DNA from: an uncultured bacterium
GTDB lineage: Bacteria > Deinococcota > Deinococci > Deinococcales > Trueperaceae
Length of the DNA: 64,000 nucleotides
Direction of reading: 5' to 3'
Assembly (NCBI GenBank): GCA_964398985.1
Contig: CAYNOS010000009.1
Location: 43-64,042 of the forward strand
Below the pieces are notes generated by a model. It was given only the letters and a program-made list of their open reading frames with translations. It made no database searches and was not told the origin of the DNA. Position numbers and translations under genes: made by a program. Positions 38,422-46,729 of the stretch are shown in pieces; position 1 is the stretch's first letter, and every line of letters starts with the position of its first letter.

Positions 38422-38865
38422 ATGCAAGTTCGGCGTACCGTCAGGCAACTGCTGCAAGACAAGGGCTACAGCGTGTGGACGATCCATCCCGACGCCAGTG
38501 TGCTGGAAGCCCTGCAACTGATGGCGGACAAGAACATCGGATCTCTCGTAGTGATGGACGGTTCGGCGGTCGTCGGTGTCTTCACGGAACGAGACTACGC
38601 GCGTAAGGTCGTCTTGCTCGGCCGTGCTTCCAGGCAGTTGGCCGTGCGTGAGATCATGACGTCCGATCTCGTGACGGTCGGCGCCGACGCTTCGCTTGCC
38701 GACTGCATGCGCTTGATGACCGATCGCCGCGTGAGGCATCTGCCTGTCATGGAGAACGGTGCCCAGATCGGGCTCGTCTCCATAGGTGACGTGGTGAAGG
38801 CCGTGATGGCCGAGCAGGAGTTCCTCATCGAGCAGCTCCAGGGGTACATCCAAGGCGCGATCTGA
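38422..38865 (+). CDS. CBS-pair domain protein
   Basis: Two CBS motifs (GSLVVMDGSAVVGVFTERD; HLPVMENGAQIGLVSIGD). The ATG at 38422 is preceded by GAAGGAGG. Confidence 0.8.
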   Translation: MQVRRTVRQLLQDKGYSVWTIHPDASVLEALQLMADKNIGSLVVMDGSAVVGVFTERDYARKVVLLGRASRQLAVREIMTSDLVTVGADASLADCMRLMTDRRVRHLPVMENGAQIGLVSIGDVVKAVMAEQEFLIEQLQGYIQGAI

Positions 38866-38973
38866 CCATCAATCGATCGCACTTGTCTCGACCGTAAACC
38901 ACCCTTGCCCGACTTTCACAAGTTCCTACTTGGAAAAGCTGTGTGCTTCTGTTAGCCTAGTTGGTGATAGGCG

Positions 38974-39597
38974 ATGATCAGGACGCTGCCTCACATGCAG
39001 TTGGCGCGAGGAGACACCCTTTACCGCGAGGGCGAGGAGGCATCGCAGCTCTACCTCGTCAGGTCCGGGGTGCTCCGCGTCAGTGTGCGGACGCTGTCAC
39101 AGCGTCGAAGACTTGCAGACCTGGCGGGACCCGGCGATGTGCTCGGAACGGGCACCATCGACGGCGGCGTGCATGTCGACACTGTGGTCGCAGCCGACGT
39201 GGCAGAGGTTGAGCCGATAGACATCGAGGCGACCTTGTTGAGCCGTCAGGGGCGCTCTGCTCTGGCTTCGGCCCTCAACCGGCAGATAGTGCGCAGCAGA
39301 GAGCTGGCAGACGACTTGGGACTGCCCATGGGCGCCAGGATCTGCAGGATGCTGGCGCGAATCGCCCAACGTCTCGGAGAGTCCACGGAGGGGCCGGTAG
39401 ACGAATGGCGTCACCTGCCGTTCAGCCTGACCCACGACGACGTGGCGCTGATGGCAGGTTGTGCGAGGGTGACGGCTACCCGAGTGCTCGGCGAGCTTCG
39501 CGAGGCGGGCGTGCTCGACGGCGGCCGCGGTGACTATGTCCTGGTGCCTGGGGCTCTCGAAGAGGCAGCCGACAGATACGTCTACGACGTCCTGTAG
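38974..39597 (+). CDS. Crp/Fnr family transcriptional regulator
   Basis: cNMP-binding fold (YREGEEASQLYLVRSGVL) plus a C-terminal HTH (LTHDDVALMAGCARVTATRVL). Confidence 0.8.
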   Translation: MIRTLPHMQLARGDTLYREGEEASQLYLVRSGVLRVSVRTLSQRRRLADLAGPGDVLGTGTIDGGVHVDTVVAADVAEVEPIDIEATLLSRQGRSALASALNRQIVRSRELADDLGLPMGARICRMLARIAQRLGESTEGPVDEWRHLPFSLTHDDVALMAGCARVTATRVLGELREAGVLDGGRGDYVLVPGALEEAADRYVYDVL

Positions 39598-39857
39598 GCG
39601 TCAGCTGTCGCACCGCAGGGCTCCGTGCCAGCCGCTTGGCATTGCGACCGGAGAAAGTTCTCGTCGTTGGCGGTCGGGGCTGCATAGCATTGGCGGGGAG
39701 AGGGGGGGTGCCGCAAATCCTCCCGCAGCGATCCCACCAGAGGACACTCCCATCGTGTGCGGGCCGTCACCCTCCTCTCGGTTCTTCGGTGCAGAAGGGT
39801 CGCCCTGGCCGGGGTTGCACCTAGGAAAACGCAGTCCGAGCGTGGTAGAACCAAAGC

Positions 39858-40151
39858 ATGAACAAAACCGAGCTCATCGAGAAGCTTGCCCAGAAGACCG
39901 AGATCAGCACCGCTCTTGCAGCCAAGGTCGTCAACACCTTGTTCTCGACCGAGCCAAGAGAAGGCATCATCGCGGTCGAGCTCGACGCCGGCCGCAAGGT
40001 TCAGATCACTGGCTTCGGCACCTTCGAAACGCGTAGTCGGGCTGCCCGCAAGGGTGTGAACCCCGGTACTGGCGAGACGATCACGATTCCCGCACGCAAG
40101 TACGCCGCCTTCAAGGTGGGCAAGGGTCTCAAGGAGCGCGTCGAGAAGTAA
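39858..40151 (+). CDS. hup: HU family DNA-binding protein
   Basis: MNKTELIEKLA ... GFGTFETRSRAARKGVNPGTGETITIPA, the canonical HU arm. Confidence 0.92.
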   Translation: MNKTELIEKLAQKTEISTALAAKVVNTLFSTEPREGIIAVELDAGRKVQITGFGTFETRSRAARKGVNPGTGETITIPARKYAAFKVGKGLKERVEK

Positions 40152-40172
40152 GCCCCTCGCAATTCTTTGTGG

Positions 40173-40215
40173 CTGCGGCTGTCACGCTCTCTAGTGGCAG
40201 CCGCAGTTCTTTTCT
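40173..40215 (+). terminator. Rho-independent terminator downstream of the HU gene
   Basis: 13-bp stem CTGCGGCTGTCAC / GTGGCAGCCGCAG (one G-U pair), an 8-nt loop, then TTCTTTTCTC. Confidence 0.7.
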
Positions 40216-40566
40216 CTAGGCCAGGCTCTCGTTGCCGAGACCGCTCTTCATGTTCTTGCGAGCCCACGCATCGATCGAGTCGATGACGCCTTGGAGCTCA
40301 CACCCTGCTGTGCTCAGCTCATAGCGAGTCTTCGGTGGCATGGTCGACTCGATCGTCTTCGTGACGATGCCCAGCCGCTCGAGATGGTCCAGGCGCTGAG
40401 TCAGCGTCGTGGTGTTGACGCCACCTACCGCGCGACTCAGGGCGTTGAAGCCGCTTGGTCCGGCGAGCAGGGCACGGATGATGTGCAGTACCCACTTCTC
40501 CTGAAGAAGCTCGATCGACTGGTGCACCGGGCACGGGGCCTCGGTTTCGTGGGTTCGTGAAGCCAC
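40216..40566 (-). CDS. HxlR family transcriptional regulator
   Basis: CPVHQSIELLQEKWVLHIIRAL ... TLTQRLDHLERLGIV. Confidence 0.85.
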   Translation of the reverse strand: MASRTHETEAPCPVHQSIELLQEKWVLHIIRALLAGPSGFNALSRAVGGVNTTTLTQRLDHLERLGIVTKTIESTMPPKTRYELSTAGCELQGVIDSIDAWARKNMKSGLGNESLA

Positions 40567-40686
40567 GCGCCAACACTAGCACATCGAAGAGAACTTCAAG
40601 TGCTTGACACTTTGGTGTGCTTGAGAATATGGTGTACCGCATCGGGGCCGTAGCGCCTTCGAACTACCCACTCCAAGGAGTCACCG

Positions 40687-41226
40687 ATGAACTGGAACCT
40701 CGACAAGGACCACAGCAGTGTTGAATTCGCCGTACGCCACCTGGGCTTCGCAACGGTCCGCGGCCTTTTCGACGACTTCGATGTCGTCGTCACGACCAAT
40801 GACAACGGCGTCCCATCGTCGGTGCGTGCGGAAATCGCGGTGGCCAGCATCCGGACCGGCGCACCTGATCGCGACGCTCACCTGCGGTCACCCGACTTCT
40901 TCGATGCCGACGTCCATCCGAAGGTGTCCTTCGTATCCACCGGCGTAGTCCCGCTCGGCGACCGGCGCTATCGAGTGGAAGGGCAGCTGACGGTCCGCGG
41001 CCAGACTCACCCCGCCTCACTGGTGACCGAGGTCAGCGACTTCACCACCGACCCATGGGGTAACCAGCGGCTGGCGGCGCATACGACGGGGAAGATCGAC
41101 CGCAGCCAGTGGGGCTTGACCTGGAACCAAGTCCTTGAGGCGGGATCTCTGCTGGTCGGCGAGGAAGTGCGCTTGACCATCGATACACAGGTGGTCGCCG
41201 AGAAGTCGCTGGTCGCCGCTGGCTGA
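40687..41226 (+). CDS. YceI family protein
   Basis: WNLDKDHSSVEFAVRHLGFATVRG ... DRDAHLRSPDFFD. Confidence 0.85.
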   Translation: MNWNLDKDHSSVEFAVRHLGFATVRGLFDDFDVVVTTNDNGVPSSVRAEIAVASIRTGAPDRDAHLRSPDFFDADVHPKVSFVSTGVVPLGDRRYRVEGQLTVRGQTHPASLVTEVSDFTTDPWGNQRLAAHTTGKIDRSQWGLTWNQVLEAGSLLVGEEVRLTIDTQVVAEKSLVAAG

Positions 41227-41473
41227 ACTCAGCAGTCCGCCACTCGTCAAACAACTCGACGGCGCCGCCCCCGCCCTCGCCCGCCCGGCAGTCATCCTTC
41301 GGTGCGCGGGGGACAAAGCGCCCTAAGCACCACCCTCGCCGAGCACTAGCCTTGAGGCGGTACGGGACGACCTCCTCGCGAGGGAGCTGGACGATTGAGC
41401 GTTCGCGCGCCATGCTCCTGCTCGAGCGTCCACTTCCGACGAGCGAGGAGCATGATTCGCCCCGTTCTGAGTC

Positions 41474-41509
41474 GGCCGGAGCCGTCTTCTCGGTGTTGCG
41501 GCTCCGGCC
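41474..41509 (-). terminator. GC-rich hairpin downstream of the TetR gene (possible terminator, no U-tract)
   Basis: 11-bp stem GGCCGGAGCCG / CGGCTCCGGCC with a 14-nt loop, 35 nt past the stop of the minus-strand gene. Confidence 0.3.
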
Positions 41510-41543
41510 CTCCCATGTCTTCCATCGAGATCCGCGTGGGAGT

Positions 41544-42125
41544 TCAATCGATCGCGATCAGCCGGCGAGCCGCTTCGAGGGCTGCTTGTGCGGGCTGCGA
41601 TCCGCCCCTGACGAGACTTGCGATCGAGGCTCCTTCGATGAGGACCAGCAGCTCTTCGGCGAGTTGCTCGGGGCGATCGAGGCCTGCCTGACGAGCCCGT
41701 TCGGCGAAGTACTCCCTGGTGGTCTCGTGATGCGCCTGCGCGTAAGGGCGTGCGGCATTGAGTTGCCCGCCAAGCTCCACTGTCGCTGCAACCAATGGGC
41801 AGCCTCGGAAGTCCGGCGTCTCCGACCACTCGACCATCATCTCGAACACTGCAAGTAGCTGGCCGAGAGGGTCTTCCGAACGTGCAGAGGCGCGCTCCAG
41901 CCATTCGCCGCGCTCGTTGCGTCGCCGCTCGAGGACCGCCTTGACGAGGGCGTCCTTGGAGGGGAAGTGGTGATAGAGGGTCATTCGCGCCACGCCGGCC
42001 CGTGCGATGATCTCGTTGATGCCCACGTTGGAAACGCCGCGCGTGTAGAACAATCTCGCGGCTGCGTCCAGCAGCCTGTCGGCCGCGCCGGGACCCTGTT
42101 GCTCGCTCATGAAGTAATCGTACAT
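41544..42125 (-). CDS. TetR/AcrR family transcriptional regulator
   Basis: N-terminal HTH (LFYTRGVSNVGINEIIARAGVARMTLYHHFPSKDAL). Confidence 0.85.
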   Translation of the reverse strand: MYDYFMSEQQGPGAADRLLDAAARLFYTRGVSNVGINEIIARAGVARMTLYHHFPSKDALVKAVLERRRNERGEWLERASARSEDPLGQLLAVFEMMVEWSETPDFRGCPLVAATVELGGQLNAARPYAQAHHETTREYFAERARQAGLDRPEQLAEELLVLIEGASIASLVRGGSQPAQAALEAARRLIAID

Positions 42126-42270
42126 ACCGTTCGGTCTTACCGCAAGCCGGGTCCTCGGATGCCAGCAGCAGGAGTAGACTCTAGAGGAGAGGCGCCTCGC
42201 TGCGGGTTCGTCGGGCTCGACCCAAGCATCGACTGTCCACCGTTGTCGCAGGTGTCAACCTGGAGGGACC

Positions 42271-43512
42271 ATGTACGACGCATTCTCAAGCCGGCTGGCC
42301 GGCCGCACGAGGACACTCACTTCCTCGGCCATCAGGGAGATCCTGAAGGTCGCGACTCGCCCTGACATCACCTCGTTCGCCGGCGGGCTTCCGGCGCCTG
42401 ACTTGTTCCCAGTAGCCGAGCTGGCTGCGGCTGCTGAGCGCGCTCTCAGCCGCGAACCTACCAGGTCACTGCAGTACGGTCCCACCGATGGCATGCCCGA
42501 ACTCCGGTCTTGGATCGCTGCGGAAGTGAGTCGTGCCGACGCTGCCGCATGGCGAGCTGCCGGCTTGGGCGAGCCGGCGCCTGTGACGCCGGACATGGTG
42601 ATGATCACTACCGGGTCACAGCAGTCGCTCGACCTGATCGGCAAGCTGCTCATCGATGAGGGCGATCGAGTCGTGGTCGAGGCGCCAAGCTACCTGGGAG
42701 CATTGCAGGCGTTCACCCTTTACCAGCCTCGCTACGCCTCCGTGGCCATGGACGACGACGGCGCCCTGGACGAGGATCTCCAGAGAGAGCTGACTCCGCA
42801 CACCAAGCTCGCCTACCTGCTCCCGACCTTCCAGAACCCGACCGGCCGAACGATGGGCAGTGCGCGACGCCTTCGGGCTGCCGAAGCAGTGCGGGCCAGC
42901 GGCGTCCCGTTGGTCGAGGACGACCCGTACGGCGCCCTGTTCTACGACGGAGCGGCACCGGGACCGAGTCTGCGGTCTCTCGCTCCCGAGCTGACCGTGG
43001 CACTGGGCACGTTCTCGAAGACGCTCGCGCCGGGTCTGAGGGTCGGGTGGCTGATCGGACAGCCGGCGGTGCTGGCGCGTCTCATCCAGCTGAAGCAGTC
43101 CGCCGACCTGCACACCTCGAGTCTCGCTCAGTACGTCGCCTACGAGGCCGTCAGCGCCGGCATCCTCGATGACCACCTCGAGCGCCTGCGGGAGGTGTAC
43201 GCCGAGCGCCGTGACGCGATGCTGCAGGCGATCGGTGAGGAGTTCCCCGAAGGGGTCTCCTGGACGCGACCGACTGGCGGGATGTTCGTTTGGGTCACAC
43301 TTCCTGTGGGCCTCGACGCTGCCAGCCTGCTGCCGACTTGCGTCGAGCAGCAGCGCGTGGCCTTCGTGCCGGGGGCTCCGTTCCATGTCACCGGGGGTGG
43401 GCAAAACACCCTGCGACTCAACTTCACGCATGCGCCGCCTGCGGTCATCCGAGCGGGGGTCAGGGGCCTCGCCGAGGTCTTGCGGAAGGCGATGGCTTCG
43501 GTACCAGCCTAG
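42271..43512 (+). CDS. PLP-dependent aminotransferase (class I/II, 2-aminoadipate/LysN-like)
   Basis: SSAIREILKVATRPDITSFAGGLPAPDLFP and the PLP-lysine context TFSKTLAPGLRVGW. Confidence 0.8.
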   Translation: MYDAFSSRLAGRTRTLTSSAIREILKVATRPDITSFAGGLPAPDLFPVAELAAAAERALSREPTRSLQYGPTDGMPELRSWIAAEVSRADAAAWRAAGLGEPAPVTPDMVMITTGSQQSLDLIGKLLIDEGDRVVVEAPSYLGALQAFTLYQPRYASVAMDDDGALDEDLQRELTPHTKLAYLLPTFQNPTGRTMGSARRLRAAEAVRASGVPLVEDDPYGALFYDGAAPGPSLRSLAPELTVALGTFSKTLAPGLRVGWLIGQPAVLARLIQLKQSADLHTSSLAQYVAYEAVSAGILDDHLERLREVYAERRDAMLQAIGEEFPEGVSWTRPTGGMFVWVTLPVGLDAASLLPTCVEQQRVAFVPGAPFHVTGGGQNTLRLNFTHAPPAVIRAGVRGLAEVLRKAMASVPA

Positions 43513-43546
43513 CTGCGGCCACCGGCTGCCAGCGTCGGCCGGGGAG

Positions 43547-44680
43547 CTAGTCCCAGTCGGTCACGCTAGCGGCCAGCTTCCGTCGGTCGGATCTTGCGTA
43601 ACGACGCGCCATGTCGAGCGTGGCGTGACGTAGGTGGTCCTGCACCAGGCCGAGGTCTCCCGTGCGCTGGTACAGGCGCGTTCCGGCACTGTGCCTGAGG
43701 GCGTGCACGCCCTTGAAAGTGACCTCGGCACGTACGCACACTTTGCGGAGCCGGTTGTAGACACCGAACTGACTGCGTAGCTCCAGCACCGCCTCGCCTC
43801 TGATCCCGCGCGCCTCCTGTGCGCGCCGGTACGTCAACAGCGCCGACGAGAGCTTGACGCTCATTACCACCGTTGCTGCCTTGCCGCCTTTGCCTCGCGC
43901 CACCAAGAGCTCGCCGGACCGGTGGTCGACATCACCCCAGGTGAGCGCCAGCATCTCGCTCACCCGCAGCCCCGCGTGCGATCCCAGGAGCAAGATCACG
44001 CGCTCTTGCTGGTCCCTGGTGGCGTCGAGGAGCCGGCTCAGTTCGGTCTCGCTGTAGATTCGGGCGCCGGGGTTGTCGGCGAGGGACGCGCGCGGCTTGC
44101 CTAGCTTGACGGCCCGGAATGGATCCGCTTCGGTGGCGCCTGCCCAAGCGAGGGCGTCGTACAGGACTCTAGCGGCAGCTACCCGGAGCGACACCGTGGC
44201 GCGGGCCAGAGGACCCCTCTTGGCTCGACGGCCCCGCCCCGAAGGCTTGGTCTCGATGCCAACTTCACCCGCGAGCATCCGCTGGACGTAGTCGCTACCG
44301 GCGTCACGTCCGGGCCGCAGCAGGTTCTCGCCGGACCAAGCCACCAGTAGCGCTTCGAGTCCGCGCCGATAGGCTCGTAGCGTGTGCCTGCTGGTGTCGA
44401 CTCCGCGTGTGCCGTTGAGCGTGAGATAGGCTTCCATCAGCTCCCAAAGGCTTTCGACGTCGCGCTCGGCAGCCGCCGTGACCGCGTAGCGGCGAAGCTG
44501 CTGATCGGACAGGCGGCGCAGCCGTTCGACGCGCTGCAGGCGCGTAGCCATCGATAGCTCGAGGGAGCTGACGGCAGCCGGCTCAAGGCCTGGCTCCAGT
44601 TCCGGCACCCCCGACGACGCCTGGGACGTCGCCTGAGACGTCTCCTGCCCAAGGATTTCCGCGTCTGGACGAGACTTCAC
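43547..44680 (-). mobile_element. Tyrosine-type site-specific recombinase/integrase
   Basis: Catalytic signature AGLRVSE ... HALRHSAGT ... LRHATLDMARRY, with a long N-terminal SAM-like domain. Confidence 0.85.
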
Positions 44681-44714
44681 TCCTGGAGCCTAACTGCCGG
44701 CAAAGGCGCCGGAA

Positions 44715-45209
44715 GTGACGGGGCTCGCATTATCAAATGTTGTTGGACGGCGTACCCTCACCACCGTCCGCCGCTGCTTGAGAACCCATTCTCACCTGCT
44801 AGAGTTAGGGGTGTCCCGAACGACGAACCAGCAGCGAACCGTTCTCGCCGTCCTGAACGAGGCTCCTGGCCCTCTCACGGCGCATGAGGTGTTCGACCGT
44901 GCGCGCGCCTCGCTGAAGGGGATAGGCTTGGCGACCGTCTACCGCAACCTCGGATCGCTCGAGTCCAAGGGCGAGATCGTTTCGGTTCACCTGCCCCAGG
45001 ACCCCGTCCGCTTTGAACCTGCTGGGCGGCAGCACCATCATCACTTTCGTTGCAGGGAGTGCCTGACGGTCTTCGAGCTGCGAGACGACTGCCCGGTGCC
45101 GGGGTTGGAAGGTACGACGCTTCCCGGCGGACTCAAGGTGACCGGCCACGAACTCCTGCTGCTCGGCATCTGCAGCGCTTGTCAAAGCTCACCGGCCAAC
45201 AACCTGTAG
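44715..45209 (+). CDS. Fur family transcriptional regulator
   Basis: QRTVLAVLNEAPGPLTAHEVF ... HHHHFRCRECLTVFE ... CSAC metal sites. The true start is probably downstream (for example GTG 44811). Confidence 0.8.
   Translation: MTGLALSNVVGRRTLTTVRRCLRTHSHLLELGVSRTTNQQRTVLAVLNEAPGPLTAHEVFDRARASLKGIGLATVYRNLGSLESKGEIVSVHLPQDPVRFEPAGRQHHHHFRCRECLTVFELRDDCPVPGLEGTTLPGGLKVTGHELLLLGICSACQSSPANNL
44777..44792 (+). promoter_or_regulatory. Palindrome TGAGAA-N4-TTCTCA upstream of the conserved Fur core; candidate autoregulatory operator
   Basis: 6-bp perfect arms, 19 nt upstream of the alternative GTG start at 44811. Confidence 0.35.
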
Positions 45210-45272
45210 GCTGGGGGAGCAGGCCGTTCCGGCCAGGCGGCTCACGCGCCCGAGAGCGCTTCTGGAGGAGAT

Positions 45273-45758
45273 ATGCCGACCGACCCAGCAGCGGAACTGA
45301 GTGAACTCGAGTTGGACGCTCTTTGGACGATCTACGAGGGCCACAGCCTAGTGATCGAGACGCCGCAGAGCGACGACCTGGACCCAAGCGCGAATGCGAT
45401 TCTCTCGGTCGCCTACGACGAGGCCGACGAGGCTATCGCCGAGGCCGCTGAGATCCCGATGGATACCGTCGAACGCCTCATCGCGATGGGATTCCTCGAA
45501 CGCAGCGATGACGGCCCGGTTCTCGATGCCACCAGTTGGTACGACGATGAGCTTGGCTGCGAGGTTCACGCCGAGGAGTACGTGTTGAGCCGCCTCGGGC
45601 AGCAGGTCGTCGACGCTACCGCCGACGGACCTGGGGAGTTGGGCGACTTCCTCGACGAAGACGAGGATGACGACGAGGACTGGGACGACGACGAAGACCT
45701 CGATGATGAGTTCGGAGACGAACTAAGCGACGACGACGACGAGGACGAGGACCTCTAG
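45273..45758 (+). CDS. Hypothetical extremely acidic protein
   Basis: 161 aa. About 70 percent of the last ~41 residues are Asp/Glu (DEDEDDDEDWDDDEDLDDEF...DDDDEDEDL). I recognised no known motif. Confidence 0.55.
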   Translation: MPTDPAAELSELELDALWTIYEGHSLVIETPQSDDLDPSANAILSVAYDEADEAIAEAAEIPMDTVERLIAMGFLERSDDGPVLDATSWYDDELGCEVHAEEYVLSRLGQQVVDATADGPGELGDFLDEDEDDDEDWDDDEDLDDEFGDELSDDDDEDEDL

Positions 45759-45826
45759 CCGCCGGGGCGACACCACTACAGTCAAGGACTCTGCGCTGAG
45801 GAGCTCGAGCACTTGTCATCGAGGCT

Positions 45827-45869
45827 CTGCAATTGCATTTGATAAGACACCTTATCTTATTGCATATGC
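45827..45869. promoter_or_regulatory. AT-rich ~43-bp imperfect palindrome (TGCAATTGCA-TTT-GATAAG acac CTTATC-TTAT-TGCATATGCA)
   Basis: Three nested perfect palindromes: 45827-45836, 45840-45855 and 45860-45869. It forms a local AT-rich island inside GC-rich DNA. Confidence 0.6.
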
Positions 45870-46000
45870 ACCCATACCATATACGTGCTGCCAGCTCTCG
45901 GCCAACCGCTTGCGCCCAAACCATCACAAGACGCATATTCACGGCGCCGGCTGTGCACGCTGAGTCTGCCGACCGGTGAGATCGTCGAGGCTGGCCCGCG

Positions 46001-46030
46001 CTTGACTTCTCGCCAAGACGACCCCTACGC
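46001..46030 (+). promoter_or_regulatory. Predicted promoter of the GntR gene
   Basis: TTGACT (46001-46006), an 18-nt spacer, then TACGCT (46025-46030). Confidence 0.45.
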
Positions 46031-46036
46031 TGAGCC

Positions 46037-46049
46037 CGTGGTTCGACCA
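46037..46049 (+). promoter_or_regulatory. GTGGT-N3-ACCAC palindrome (FadR/GntR-type tGGTnnnACCa operator)
   Basis: Perfect 5-bp arms. It sits between the predicted -10 and the GTG start at 46075. Confidence 0.5.
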
Positions 46050-46074
46050 CTGGTATACCCGGGAGACGCTTAAG

Positions 46075-46722
46075 GTGGCGAGCGCTTCCGCTCGCACGCG
46101 CGGAGCCGCGCTGGAGCAGGCACTCGCAGCCCTCGAGAACTACTTGTCGCTGGTGGAACCAGGCTCCTTGCTTCCGTCAGAGAGGACCCTGTCCAAGCAC
46201 TTCGGAGTCTCTCGCACCACGCTGAGGAGCGCCATCGCCGAACTCGCCGTCAAAGGCAGGCTGGAGATCAGGCATGGCACAGGGACAGTCGTCTTGTCGC
46301 CCCCGCGAGCTGCCGACCTGCGAGGCGCTCCCGCCGCCCATCGGGCGCCGCCCCCCAGGGATTGGCTCGAGATCTGTCACCTCGTCTTGGCTCCGCTGGC
46401 TGGTCTGGCCGCCAGGCGGGCCACGCCAGATCTACATGAGGCACTGGACCGTGCTGCCTCCCGCACCGCCGAGGAGTTCCATGAGGAGCTCGCCGCAGCC
46501 ACCGGCAACGCGGCGGCCCCGGAGCTGCTGGCTTGGCTTCGCGAAGGCGTCGCAGAGTCGATGGTCGTTGCTGTGCCCGAGCGCTCCGTCGGCAGAGAGC
46601 GCCTGCACGTCGACCTGCGGCGTGCCGTCGTCTCCGCGATCGCCGTCGGGGACGCCGCGGCCGCCGAAGGAGCGATGGCCGTCTATCTCGAGACCTATCT
46701 CAGCCCGGTACGACCACCTTAG
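46075..46722 (+). CDS. GntR family transcriptional regulator (FadR/FCD subfamily)
   Basis: N-terminal wHTH LPSERTLSKHFGVSRTTLRSAIAELAVKGRLEIRHGTGTVV plus an all-helical C-terminal domain. Confidence 0.8.
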   Translation: MASASARTRGAALEQALAALENYLSLVEPGSLLPSERTLSKHFGVSRTTLRSAIAELAVKGRLEIRHGTGTVVLSPPRAADLRGAPAAHRAPPPRDWLEICHLVLAPLAGLAARRATPDLHEALDRAASRTAEEFHEELAAATGNAAAPELLAWLREGVAESMVVAVPERSVGRERLHVDLRRAVVSAIAVGDAAAAEGAMAVYLETYLSPVRPP

Positions 46723-46729
46723 ATGGGCG

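Noticed and set aside
38380-38853. The 5' third of the 479-aa minus-strand ORF 37414-38853.
   Set aside because: It overlaps the CBS-pair gene (strong RBS, clear CBS motifs) on the opposite strand and its translation has His/Asp/Arg-rich composition with no motif. Only the 3' part (exonuclease) is credible.
46030-46055. tRNA-like GGTTCGA sequence (gtggttcgaccac).
   Set aside because: No acceptor stem, anticodon arm or D-arm can be built around it. It is a 5-bp-arm palindrome placed between the -10 and the start codon of the GntR gene, so I interpret it as an operator. I found no tRNA or rRNA signatures anywhere in the window.
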